DNA from: Chiloscyllium plagiosum
Taxonomy: Eukaryota
DNA length: 64,000 bases
Direction: 5' to 3'
NCBI RefSeq assembly: GCF_004010195.1
Contig: NC_057719.1
Coordinates: forward strand, 49,313,336 to 49,377,335
The notes under the pieces were generated by a model that worked only from the letters and a program-made list of their open reading frames with translations, did no database searches and had not been told where the DNA came from. Shown here piece after piece: positions 37,701 to 50,790 of this stretch. Each line of letters starts with the position of its first letter. Position 1 is the stretch's first letter. The position numbers and the translations under genes are program-made.

Positions 37701-40354
37701 TCATGATTTACATCAATTTTTTAATTGAAATAGTTTTCTCCATTTTTTACAATATTAATAATAGGAATATAAATTAGTGCTTTGGTGAAATCTGATTCTT
37801 GTCTCTTATGTTGGAACTCCAGATCCATGATTACTGCATTCATGATTTGCACTTCTAGCTATGGTATAATATACAGATAACTTTGGAAAGCAGGTTTACA
37901 ATGAGGGCAGGGCTGAAACATTCTACTTGAGGTGGGCAAGAAAACTGGCTGGAGTGAGAGAGAAGGCATTTAGAACATGGTTTGAAATAGTGGAGAGCTA
38001 CACTGTTACCTGTTGACTCCAGGAAAAGTAATTTTTGATAACTACTGTTAATGGAGGATCGTAATGGAAGAGTGGTGCCATTATCTTGTGCCTGTTCATC
38101 ATTGTGTGAATAATATCCCCTCCTTGCATCACATCCATTGTGATTTGAGGCTTTGTGCTGCTTGGTTTTCTGACAAATGAACCATCATTAAAAGTATTTC
38201 TTGAGAGTAATCTGCACTGCCTTGAGATTCGGTGAAAAAGATGAAAGGCTTTCCAAACGTCCTGTGTCCAAGCTCAGGATGCAACTGCTGAAATATAGAA
38301 TTATAGAACTACCATCACAGTAAACCTCCTTTGGCAAACTTGTTCAGACTATAATAATATTTCCTCATTGTTGCTGCCAATGCTTATTTTCATCCCTCCC
38401 AAGCCAGCATGGACAGCATACCTCTGAGGAGGACAGTGCCCAATGAACCAATTCTCTTCTTTTTTTTAAGGGCAGATTCCTCAGCATCAAATCAGCTATC
38501 CACTTTTTCCTTTGGATTATTCTGAACTTTATTCACACATCTGCTTCAGTTGTAGCAAATTCAATGTTCTCTGTGAAGATATTGTGATGCTAAGATTGTA
38601 TCTGCGCTTTTTAAGCACATGAATAGATTTTCCATTTCTATGCTCCTAACCTGGAGCCTCACCTGCTGGGTGAACATTTCAGAAAATCAAATGAGTATAG
38701 CCTTAAAGTTCTACTTCATAAATTCGATGAGTGTTCAAGAGTTATGCCATTGGAATTTTAAATTCATACTTATATGGGGAAATGCCCTGTGCGAGGTCTC
38801 GGCAGCAGAAATTTTACCCTTAACTCTTTTGCTGTGTCAGAAATCCTGCTCTGGGAATGCTGAAACATTATCCAAATAAATGAATCTTGCTAAATTTTAA
38901 AGACTGCTCAATGGACTTTTGACTAAAAGTTTACTTATGCATCTCCAAGTATCAAAACAAAAATGTTAGAAAATCATGAGCTACAGGCTTAGGATTTCAT
39001 AATTATCCATACGCAGCCTTACCAAGTGTCAAAATAGAAAATTGTGCACATCCATCAGGCTTTTCTCAGACTACTCATACTTTAAGACAGTAAAAATAAG
39101 CTTATCATCTGATAGCAGTGACAGAGTCAGTGGGAGAGAGATTAAGAGGGTAATGAATCTCCAATAAGTTTGAGCTTTGGAGGACAGCCTCCATTAACTC
39201 CCAGGAATCTCTGTCATTCATCTATGAACTCCAAATTCAACCATGCAATTCACAGGTTGGTCTTCAGGCTCGGAAAATATGCTCTCCAGTTCCCACCTTA
39301 GCCTCTTTTATTTCAAATTGGCCAAATCTTGTGTTCAATCACGTTACCCTCCCACGTCTAACCCAATCCACTGCTAACCAACCAAACCTAACACTGCTGC
39401 TGTCTGAAAGGTGATCTTTATCTCACATCTAATCTCCAAACATACTCTCTCTTCCTATGTGCCCCTCTTCCTCACTCTCTTCTTCTCCGGCATCCTTTAG
39501 AATGGTCCCTTAATATTTTGGCATAATGTTTCCTCCATCAAATGGAAGTTACTATCTAACCGTTCATTTCCGTAGCTAATTTACAGACATTTTTCTAAGC
39601 CTTTGCAAACATTAAAATGTTTACTTTCAAAAAAAAGATAAACACCTTGTTTTATTGCTAAGACAAGTGGATCTAAATTCTACTTGGGAAAATATTGACA
39701 GTCTGATTTTATTTCCTCTGTCAGACGTAATCAGAATCAGAGAGCTTTGATGTCAAAAATAGCAAGAAAGACCTTAATAAATTAGATCATTCCTGTGAAT
39801 GGGGAAACAAAGGTTTTGGGTCATGACAGGATCAGGGCAAATTATAATAATAATAATGTAAGCCAGTGAAATGACATTGATTTACTATGTAAAGATGAAA
39901 TACTTGTATCTTGCTTCCGCTAATCAGTTTTTGTTAAATGCTCCATATATTATCCTTTGAGCTGCTGAGATATACGCCAATGTATAATTTAATTGTATCA
40001 CAATGTAGTCAGTGATATTAGTGACTGCTTTTCAAGTAAATGTATGCCGATTTTCGAATTCGAAATCATATCCCCTTAATCAGAACAGATTAAATGATAT
40101 TAGAAAAAGCAAATGACAGATTAAGTTTGTGTGAGAATTAAAACTCTATTTCTGTGTTTTGAAATTGTGAAGGCAGCTTTTATATAAGCATGAATTACTG
40201 TTGATGTGATAGTTTTGTTTAATTGTGCATATGGTACAATATATAATTTTCATTGTATTTTCAGAAGGATAATCTTCTGGAAAACCAGATACATTATTTT
40301 TTGAGTACAACACTTCATTCTTGTCAATCCATCCCACTCTTAATATGATAACCA

Positions 40355-40775
40355 CGTGTTTCCTGCCTCAGAGTCAGAAGGTTATCAGTTCAAGCTCCAC
40401 CCCGGAGATTAAGCACAAAATCCATGCCGAGTTTCTCGTACCACACTGAAGGAGTGCTGCATTGTTAGAAATGCTGTAGGTCTTTTAGATAAGCTGTTAA
40501 ACCAACGTCTGCTTTGTCAGATGGATGTAGAAAATTCAATGGCACTATCTGAGTAAGATTGGTGGGTTATCTCTGTTGCCCTGGCTAATATTGAATCTTC
40601 AACAGCACCTCTGGCCATTATCATGTACATTTTTGGCACTTTATTCTCAGCAATTTAATTGCTATATTTCCTAATTTGCAGCAGTGTCTACACTTCAAAA
40701 GTGCATCCTTGAAGGTAAAGCACTTAGGCATCACCTGAGATTGCAAAAGGCATGATATAAATACATCTCATTCTT
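40355..40775 (+). mobile_element. DeuSINE/SacSINE1-like ancient SINE
   Basis: tRNA-like head (gcctcagagtcagaagg...gttcaagctccac), central actgaaggagtgctgcattgttagaaatgctg and ttgccctggctaatatt, L2-like tail gtaaagcacttaggc...gcatgatataaatac; family recognised from recall. Confidence 0.7.
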
Positions 40776-41906
40776 CCATTATTGCAACCTCAATCCCTCA
40801 TCATTCCGTGTGAATATTTCCTTCCTTTCATATAATGTACCGTAAAATCAAACAAACTTAATGCAGGATTAAGTATTTAATGACACTGGTAAAACTCCAT
40901 CCAATTGGCTCAGTTTCATAGTTCCAAACAGTTTTGTAACTCTTTGAACTTTACTTGTGTTATTCCATTCAGGACGCTTAAGTATTACATTTCATAAAAC
41001 ATTCCCAGCATTGTTCCTTCTCTACACAACACAAGGAGATTTTTGTAAGTAAACATAAGCCGTCAAGTAACATATAATTTAGTATTCATGTCGGAATGAC
41101 ATGGAACTGGAAATCTCAAATTACTGGGATTAAAAGGACAGTGAACATTAACCACCTAGAAAATAAATGTGTGATGCCTATCTGGTTGAATATGGAGAAA
41201 AAAAGAGGTGAATTTCACGTTATGTAGATTAAAAAAAAAGACATTGAGAGCAAAATTGGTTATTTACCAAATAAATCCAATAAATCATCCAGTGATATTT
41301 AGTTGAATGGTGCTTCTGATGGAAGTTAAAATTACTAGGATATGAATGCTTATGAGAACAAAAATAAATCCAGTAAATTATTCCCGTCACAGTAATATAG
41401 AACATCAAACACCCTGATAGCAGTAAGCTAGCATATCCCAGATCAGTTGAATAAAATTACTGACTGCTCTATGGATTGGCAAGATGTTGAATGAACTTTG
41501 ACTGAAATTTAAAATAATCACATCCTTTTCATCAAATAACATTTGCAAAAATGATTTGATGACGCTGTGTAATACTGATTTACAATGAATTATAACAACA
41601 GAATGGTAATATTTTGCATTTTCCATTATTTCAAAGTAAAATAATGAAAGAATGTTACAAAGATGATGTTGATGATGATGGTGGGTTAGTCTAAATGTGA
41701 TAGTTCTATAACTCATGAGCACAAAAGCTCTCTCAACATTTCCATCACGAATGAAAGAACAGTTGGAACACATCCATCGGACTGTGGGTCTAATCTGTTT
41801 CTTCCAGGACCGTTGTTTGCCTAGTACTTTTCTGGACACAGAAATATTCAGGGATTATTATTTTTGCGGGGATGCAAATAATTTTTGTTTACACTATTGT
41901 GGAACA

Positions 41907-41983
41907 TCATTGTTTGGATTTGTGATACCGTCTACTATACCCAGTGAATTCTTGTTTCACTCTACTGATAAGCCACTGTGTAA
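41907..41983 (-). other. candidate terminal exon (short coding part) of an unidentified minus-strand gene
   Basis: Acceptor gttttcctttgtatgtataactgtttaaccctttcAG; the three frames give LHSGLSVE*, YTVAYQ* or TQWLISRVKQEFTGYSRRYHKSKQ*; followed by non-repetitive UTR-like sequence. Confidence 0.35.
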
Positions 41984-43453
41984 CTGAAAGGGTTAAACAG
42001 TTATACATACAAAGGAAAACTTGCATGTAGATAACAGGCAAATTAAAAATGATGCAAAACAGGCAAGAAGCAAGATAACCAGAATGCTTATGTCGGACTA
42101 CTATCAAGTCTACTCTTTGAACACTAACGGATCACTTGGGTTCCTGGGTAACAGATGTGCTTTACTGCTGTGCCGGCTCCTTCAGTGTCACCAGATGATC
42201 GCAGTCACCAATCACAGCTTACTTTATGCAGAAAATTCTAATTAAAGCAGATTCATTCAAGATGATCCAACTGGAATGACATCCATGGCAAAATGTTTTT
42301 TTTACATTTTAAACAAGCATAGCAGTACCTCAAAGCTGCACAAACAATGATACTGTGAGGACTTTAAACACTTACGTGATACGTTCCCAGCATCTAGTTA
42401 TGCAGAAGTGTGCTAAAAATATTAAAGTGCATAATATCATGCTGTATTATACATGGCTGACGGATTGCATTACATCTGGAGGAAAAATATAATGGTGTTT
42501 AGATTTAACCCCTTCTCAACCAGAAATTGCCATTTTTTTTCGTGGGAGTTCACAGGCTCTTCTGATTGTTTGATTTGCATTAGCCCAGCAGATTTGTTTT
42601 TAACACATTATCTCACTGTCAAAGGCCATTTAACTTTAAATTTTGGCACAATTATGTATTTCTAAGTACCTGATTCTAAATACAGATTCTGTCGACTGCT
42701 GCCTATGTCTTCCTGATATTTAGTGACGAATGAAAGACACTATTTATGTTCACAATAAAATCACTGGCCACAATTTTTGTGTTTTCTGATGTATGGAAGG
42801 CCATGCTGAGTGACTGAGAAAATGGCATGATTTCCATAGCTTCACAAGGACTTGCTACATCCTCATTTTCCGATTAACTTTGTTTGGTTTGTAATACATT
42901 TTCTTGTCCCTAATCTATATACTGCTTTTCACTGAAGCAAGCTTCATGTTCGTGAGTATAAAATCCTGTCTCAAGAATGAAAAGTGCTCGAAGAAATAGA
43001 CAACTTTGATTTCATCAGCTAAAAATATTCTGCTTAAAAATATTTTTTTTTGTTAAAGGAAAGGTGGGATTATTGTGGAAAAGAGTGACAAACTTTTTGG
43101 TGCCTATGTTTGAATTGGTTTGGAAGATTGGTCTGAGCTTCTTGGAGGGCTGCCAGCTTTTTGACAGGGCTTCCCTGACAGCAGTTTCAGATTCATGTCC
43201 AGGACTTAAGCTTTCTGTTGGCTCAAGGTAATGCACAGATCCTTAGAGGGGCATCTTGTCAGCGAGCTCAGATTCCTGCACCCTAAGCAGCATCTCTCAG
43301 TCACATAAAAACTCTTTGCTCCTTGCCCTTCCTGTGATTGACAGCCTTGAGATGCAGGTCTCTGTTGGTTGGACTTGTTTGTACCCAAACAACAAGTTCA
43401 TTATATGCTAGTATCTGGCTGTGTAGTACGGCAGGCCTGTCAGTTGTACTTAC

Positions 43454-43457
43454 AGTG
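43454..43457 (-). other. candidate 4-nt microexon CACT
   Basis: Minus: ggCTAAT branch-like site, cttctgtcctgttttccccctcactgtctaaAG | CACT | GTAAGT. Confidence 0.5.
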
Positions 43458-45279
43458 CTTTAGACAGTGAGGGGGAAAACAGGACAGAAGGCTATAATAT
43501 TAGCCAACAAATTGGCTGTCATCCATTTGCAGGTGGGGGAGTTCTCTAGTGTCTGCCTGAAATGTTTCCCACAGGCTTTGTAAATGCCATTCAGTAGCAT
43601 TGGCATCATTAAAATCATTATCGATGTATTTGCATAAATAATATGGTGACCAATATTACTGTTGTGCGAAATAACGTTAAATACAAATAAAGTTTATAAT
43701 CTACATTCTTTGTGTGATTTTATTTTGTTTTTGTATATGAAAGAAGGATGTCAACATACCCGTTGTTATTTCAGAGTATTACATTCCATTCAACAATTCA
43801 TTGCAGTGGCTTTCAGGTAATCAACAAATGTGATTTTGATTCAGCCACATCTATTGCAATTTTTCTCAGATTCTTTCATTTACAAATGTTTAATTCAATT
43901 TTAGCCAATGTAAAATTACAACATTTTGGAATTCCTTTCAGATTCCCCTGCATTGTTCCACTCTGTACTTAAGAGGCAGTGAAACAGGTATTGACTTTTA
44001 AATTAGTATTGTTGTCATTCTATCTCACGTATGATCATAATCATGCATTAGAAGTATAAATATTTACACAAGAAAGATGAATCTGTGTTCTTGTCATGGA
44101 TCAAGTTTTAGCAGTTTAGTTTACTGGAAAAGTCTCTTATCATGCTCTGAGTTTGTAAGTATAAGTAAAAATCAAAAACATAGGGTGGACTCTTCTCCTC
44201 CATGAAGTGATGTGAGTAATGGTGAGAAAACTGGGGAAAATAAATCATCAATGAAAAGAATTGGAATCTTGACTATGAAAAAAATTTCCAGATTTTCCCC
44301 TTAAGCTTTAAGTGTTGGCTACAGAATCTTACTATTAAGTGGCAACTATATAATTTACATGTATTTGCATCTTATTATTAGCTAAACATTTATATGCCCC
44401 TTACAATCCTCCTGCCCTGAGAACTAGACAACACCGATACACAACGTGAAAACTCGAATGGTTTACTGGTACCTGCAGCTTATTGCTTACTTATCCTGTC
44501 CTTCACTCAAATCTATCTTCACCTCAATATCAATGGCCACTATCCTCAATCCTTCATCCACATTAGTCAGAATCGGCAAATCTCCAGTCCTGTCATAGCA
44601 ACATGGCTGCTCTCAAACCAGCTAACACAACAATTCAGAACTTCGACACTATACTTTGGAGCTCAGGGAGACGTATGTGGCTGCAAAATGGCCTTGCACA
44701 CAGGGAGACACACATCTCCTCCTTGTACGCAGGATGCATCTCTGCAAGTCTCTGTGGCTTGCATTGCTTTTTAGTGCTTAGGCTCTTCAGTGCTAAGTTA
44801 CAGGCTGGTAGTCTTTGTGTCATGTTTGATTTTTAGTTCAGAAGGACAGGCATGCAGCTTGTCATAGTTGGGAGCACTGAACAGTCAAGTGGCTGGACAT
44901 GTCACTGTGTGACAGCATACTATGTCAATGTCACATCAACAGCATGTGCCAACGAATTACATGGGCAGACAGCTTGCATGTGCTTCAAGCAAATGGTCAT
45001 GTCTGAAACTCAAAGGGGAGCTGCAGTAAATCAGGGAGTGCTACCACAGTCAGACAGTCAACCTTGTCTGATTCCAGGACAGGGAGAGAGCCATGGTCAG
45101 TCAGGTGTTTTGTCTTACCAGCATCCTGAGATCTGTGTCCTCATAGTCTGGAGGCGAGGATACAATCTATCCTGTTGGCCAAGTGTAAACAGTCTTGAGA
45201 TTAGAGGTATGAAAGTCAGGGAGCTGTGGAGCATCAGTTCAGGGGTTGGGCTATTCTCAGTATGAGTCTTGTCCTGCCA

Positions 45280-45975
45280 TAAGACCACAAATTCATAAGA
45301 TGTACGTCCAGAATTAGGCCTTTTGGACCATCAAGTCTACTCCACCATTCAAACATGGATGATATGTTTCTTAACCCTATTCTCCTGCCTTCTCCTCATA
45401 ACCTTTGATCCATGAAGAGCCTATCTGTTTCTGTCTTAAAGACACCCAGTGGCTTGGCTCCCACAGCCCTGGATGTGGCAATGATTTCCACAGATTCACT
45501 ACCCTGAGAAAATTTCTCATCTCAGTTTGAAAGGCTTATCTATTCACTGTAACTGTGGTCTCAGGTTCTAGCTTCTGATATGAGTGGTAACTCTATCCAG
45601 GCCTCTCAGTATTCTGTGATGGAGTTTAAATGAGAGCCCCTTTCATCATTCTAAACTCCATCGAATACAGAATCAATGTCCTCAACTACTCCTCATATGA
45701 CCATCACTTCATTCCTGGGATAATTTTTGTAAACTTCCTCTGAACACCGTCGAATGCCAACATATCCTCTCTTAGATTTAAGGCCCAAAACTGCTTGCAA
45801 TATTTCAAATGCAAACTGACCAGAACCATATCCCCAGTGCCACCTGAACCTGAATGTTAAGCTTAAGAGAATCCTAAACTCGGACTCTCAAGTCCTGCAC
45901 CTCAAGTTATATAAGGCTTTCCCTATTTAGAAAATAGTCTATGCCTCTATTCTCCCTACAAAGTGCATAACTTCG
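45280..45975 (-). mobile_element. old CR1-type LINE 3' fragment
   Basis: Reverse complement resembles a CR1 3' region (ttccacagattcactaccct, aactgcttgcaatatttcaaatgc). Confidence 0.65.
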
Positions 45976-46099
45976 CTGTCTGGAGTGGGGAATATCAACC
46001 ATGATCAGTCCTGGGGATTTGTTCTATGATTGTCAGGGGATAAACGAGGGGCCAATCCATGGAGTTCTGGAGAAAGCAGACAGTTAGCATTCAAAACAA

Positions 46100-47800
46100 A
46101 ACAGGTGAGTTGAGAGAACAGATAGAAACAGGTAAGTGTGATTTGGTAGCTATTACAGAGACTTGACTGCAAGGTAACATGGACAGGGTCCTGAATATTG
46201 AAGGGTATTCAGGAAGGATAGGAAGCTAGGAAATCTAAGAGTTGTATAACAGCAAATTACTGCAGATGCAGGAATCTGTACTGAAAGCAGAACAAGCTTT
46301 CAGCAAGTCAGGCAGTATCCATGAAGAGACAGAGCAAGCCAACATTTTGAGTTAGATGACACTTCGATGAAGTGAAACAAGGGAACGGCGCAGCTTTGAG
46401 AGAGAGTGAGTCGAGGTTGCTGTAGAGTGGAGTCGAGTGTGTACATATGATGTCACATGGCACTCCGTGGATCGCAGGATGTGGCAGGAACAGCAAGGAA
46501 TGTTCTATATCCTGGAGATCCTTGTAATCCTGGGTGGAATTGAAACATGAAAGGTAAAACTTGAGTTGAAACCCATGTGGGGTAAAGTCTGAGTCATTGG
46601 CAGTTGCTGACAGAGCTGTGAAAGTGAATTTTGGCAAACGCCTTGTCGAACACTCACAGTGAAATGAAAAGCAATGAAGATGCATACAGTGGAAGAGTTA
46701 CCAGAATTCCTGTTGGTGGAAAGAGCAAAATTTCTTTAGGATGGGCATTCCTGAAAGTGATGTTGCAGTTGATTAAACACAGTTTAGGAGCAAATTATTG
46801 CAGATGCTGCAATTTGTACTGAAAACAACAAATGCTGGAAATTACAGCTGGTCAGGCAGCATCCACTGAGCACCAACAAGCTAACATTTTGAGTCTAGAT
46901 GACTCTTACAGTTGTGGCCTTGTTACTTAATGATGACAATTTCATAATAGAGAGGGATGACCTAAATTCAGAAAACCAGTTGTGGAAATGATTTGGTGAA
47001 GATGAGAAGTGGGAGTTGATGTACAATCACCAGGGAAGTAATACTGAGTAAATTGTTGGAGCAATGGGCTGACAAGTGCCTAGGTCCTAACCTTAGGGCC
47101 ATAAAACAAGTGGCTAGTTCAATGGTTGATGTATTGATTTTAAATTTGAAAAATATCCTAGATTTTGGGAAGGTCCTATCAGATTGGAAGATATCAGATG
47201 TAACTCCTTTATTCAAGATGTAAGGGAGACAGACAGCAGGAAACTACAGGCCAGTTAGCTTGACATTTGTCATGGGAAAATGCTAGAAGTTATTATTAAA
47301 GAATGTATAACAGGACACTTAGATAATTTCAAGATAATCAGACTTTGTGAATGGAAAATGATATCTAGCCAATCTAATGGAGTTCTTTGAAGAGGTAACA
47401 AAGGTATGGACATCAGGGAACTGGTGGATGGACTGATAATAGATTTCCAGAAGGTGCTTGATAAAATGCCACATCAATTTTTTTTTAATGACAAGTAAAA
47501 GCTCAAGGTTTAGCGGGCAGCATACTGGCATGGATAGAAGATTGGCTGGCTACCAAACAGTAAGTACAATGGGTCCTTTACAGGCAAGACATACTGAGTG
47601 GTGTGTCACAGAGATCAGTACTGGGATATCAACAGTTCACAATTTTTATAATTGACTTGGATGAAGGGACAACAGGTATGGTCTCCAAGTTTTCTGATGA
47701 CACAAAAAAAGATTGGAAAGTAAGTTGTGAAGAAAACAAAAGGATATTAGAGATGGATAGAGGTAGGTTAAGTGAATGGCAAAAATCTGGCAAACGAACA
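46100..47800 (+). mobile_element. old CR1-type LINE ORF2 relic with a nested PLE
   Basis: Endonuclease remnant DLVAITET at about 46140; GNYRPVSLT at about 47239; KFSDDTK at about 47687. Confidence 0.8.
46251..46907 (-). mobile_element. Penelope-like fragment: two direct pLTR repeats flanking ORF remnant
   Basis: Repeats 46251-46365 and 46789-46907 (agcaaattactgcagatgc...gtcaggcagcatcca...aacattttgagt..gatgac); intervening minus ORF FTPHGFQLKFYLSCFNSTQDYKDLQDI. Confidence 0.65.
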
Positions 47801-48399
47801 TGAAAAATTATGGCATCAGGCGGTCATGAATGTTTCATTGCTTTCATTAATTGCCTCTTATTCATGTTAGCCAAACTAATGTAGTCAGACAAACTCACTT
47901 AAAAACCTCACCCAGGCTTCGAATTTCTGAAACATATTCCACAGCTAACAGTGAAAGGTGGTATTTTGAGGCTGCCACATTCACACTCTGAAATGTAAGT
48001 ATTCAAGGATATGGTCTGCAATATTTAAGTATGACTTTGTTTGGGACCAGTGGGCTATCACAGTGGCATGCTGCCAGAATTCCTCTGTCCTATTGTAGAA
48101 TGAACACTGCAACTGTGCAACATACATCAAATACCATAGATCTCCTTACCGAAGCATGCCATTGACCTCCTTGGCAAACCTCTCAGTCGCATTGTGTCAA
48201 AACATAACATGAGGCTTCATTGGTGGAATTGTTCCATTAAATGAAATGATATGCTTTCTGACATTCCACACAGATTTTCTGCTTACGTATCTAACATAAG
48301 CATCGTTGTGTCTGGAGTCCTTACGACATTGCTTTAAATGTGAAGACAATGTTGAAGGAAAGAGCAATTACAATGTTGTCAGCAACCGCCAATGGCTTT

Positions 48400-49310
48400 T
48401 GTGGAGCCTCCAGAAGGAGACGCAGGGGGTGACAATCTCCCAAAGTGGTGGAGGCGAATGATGTGACCCTGCAGCCACAGCCCTCGTTCCGGCTCTCGGA
48501 AGGACAGTGCAGGTGCAGATTAAGATGTCCTCGGCGTTATCAGTAAACTGTTTCATTTGCTGAAGCAGGACTTGTGCTCAGGAGGACTGGGTGACCATTC
48601 TAGCCCAGCACCCATCAAGGGAAACAATGCCCTGAGTTTTTATGCCAATGGCTTCTTTCAAAAAGTGACTGGGGACCTGTGAGGCAGCTCTCAATCCTCG
48701 AGCTACAGATATATCCGGATGTAACTGATGCCATTTCCTCAGATCGCAGCTATTCTCATGTCTTTCATCACAATGGGGAAAGTCAAGCAACTTGTGCAGT
48801 GGGATTCTCCACCATCACTGGCCTCCCTCAGGTGCAGGATGCTAGTGAGTACACCCATGTTGTTTTGTTGGCACCTTATCACCAAATTGCAACGTTTATC
48901 AATAGAAAGGCTTTTCACTCCATCAATGTTCAAATTAGCTGTCACCATCGATGTCAGGATTTGGAGGTTTGAAATACTCTGGGAGTTTCCAACAACGTTA
49001 CACACTAGAGTACTCTCAGGTTCCTGCCTCCTTCCAAAGTCCTCCAGCCATACAGCAATGGCTACTTGGAGATGAAGGCTATCCTCTCCAAATATGGTTG
49101 ATGATAGCTTTACAAAACTCGCAGACTGATGCAGAATGAAAAAAAAACTGTTTACACTTCCACCAGGGCCATAGGCTATAAAGAGCAGAGGCTTCGTCAA
49201 GATGAGATTTCAATGCCGTGGCCTCCCCTTAGGAACCCCACAATGTAGCCCGGAAAGCACTTCCACATCATTATGACACCCCATGCCCTTTATAACTGGA
49301 ACTGAGGAAG
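48400..49310 (+). pseudogene. Harbinger DDE (HARBI1-like) transposase relic
   Basis: ALSFYANGFFQ, GFSTITGLPQVQDASEYTHV, FINRKAFHSINVQISC, WLLGDEGYPLQIWLM, VKMRFQC; frameshifted. Confidence 0.88.
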
Positions 49311-50310
49311 CAGGAAATGTGCAACATGCAGAGCAAATGGAGGTGGGGTCAAGGTGGTGCAGTGGTCGACATGAATCTTCTGGGGATGAAGATGAGAATG
49401 GGGATCAGGACATTGACTGGGAGGGACGTGAAAGACAGTACTATGGAGCAATGCATCATTGAGTATGAGAAACTTAACAGCATAATTGACCTCCTTCAAT
49501 TGTTTAACATTTTGTTGGTGACTGGGTAAGCAGCCCCTGCTGCATGTAAAGCATGTCTGGGTTTGTTAGTTTTGCAATTGTTTCTGTAGCTGAATAAATG
49601 CTTCATTATCTTTCTGATTGTATGTTTCTTATCTTTGGATGATCCCACTTTCAAATATCTATCCATTACAGGTTCTGTTGTAATTCTTGCAGGTTTTGCC
49701 ATCAGGGCATGAGAGAGATGGACATAACTGGAGTTGCCTGAATGGAACTCTTCTGGGGTCCTGTGTGTTTCCTCCTCTCTATGGGTGCCTGCTTCCCTGA
49801 GAGGAAGGGGCACCCAGAGTGAGACCAAAGTCCCTCTTCCTCCTCTTGCCATCAGATGAATGCCAAGCTCCTCTGGCTAGAGCAATGGAGAACATGTTTA
49901 ACAGGTGATCTGGCTCTCTGTGGTTGACATCAGTCTCTCCATGAGACAACCAGTTAAAAGTATTCCAGATCCAGTTTAGTACTAATAAATGCTGGAGCAC
50001 ACTTTCATCCTTCGTTCCAGTTTACTGACTGCCTCTGAAAAACATGCCTGCTGTTCCTGTACCTGTCTGCACAATGTAATTAATGGCTGAGACCAAGGGA
50101 TCATTTCCTGCCTCATGTTTCTGAGCTTCCCATCAGTTTTGGATCTCATGACCAAGCTGCAGGACAACTTTTCCTTCCATGAGTCAAAGGGAGGGATTGA
50201 CTATGACAGAAGTGGTTGGAAGAGCCATTAGTCATGGAGCAGGAATAGAAGAAGTGGGGATATAGCCCAGTGAGTGAGTAGGAAGTGCAGAGGGCAAGGA
50301 CAGTTAATAG

Positions 50311-50405
50311 AGTCCAGATTAGAGTGGTGCTGGAAAAGCACAGCAGGTCAGGCAGCTTCTGAGGATCAGGAAAATCGATGTTTCAGGCAAAAGCCCTTCA
50401 TCAGG
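50311..50405 (-). mobile_element. Penelope-like terminal fragment with hammerhead motif
   Basis: Minus: c-CUGAUGA-agggc-uuuu-gccu-GAAA-ca-UC-gauu; same subfamily as 34341-34430. Confidence 0.8.
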
Positions 50406-50554
50406 GAGGGTTAATAATTTGGGAGGCTGAGGTCGATCACCATGTGGACAAAGTGAAGTTTGTCCATGACCCTTAGTGAGAGGAGTGTGCAGTGGGAGAG
50501 TTCAATGGAGTGGTAGCCCTGTTAATGTGAGGCCAGCAGAGAGGATGGTGCCAC

Positions 50555-50790
50555 TTACCTTTGTGCAGTGCAGACGCCATTTTCCAAGCTGTCTTGCATC
50601 ATGTTTTACCCAAGTTATAGCTTTGACATGATCCTGAATGGCTTATTCAGGTGGCATGGCCTGCTTTGACAGTATGGAGGATAGAGAACTGCCCTCCTCT
50701 CCACCACCATGTCCACCTGCACCTCTAGATCCCTATTGGACATTTCTGGGAACACGTCCTTAGCAACGATGGTCAAGCACAATAATGTGA
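50555..50790 (-). pseudogene. Harbinger Myb/SANT-like DNA-binding gene relic, convergent with the transposase
   Basis: ORF segment FPEMSNRDLEVQVDMVVERRAVLYP; splice donor AG|GTAAGT at about 50558. Confidence 0.6.
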
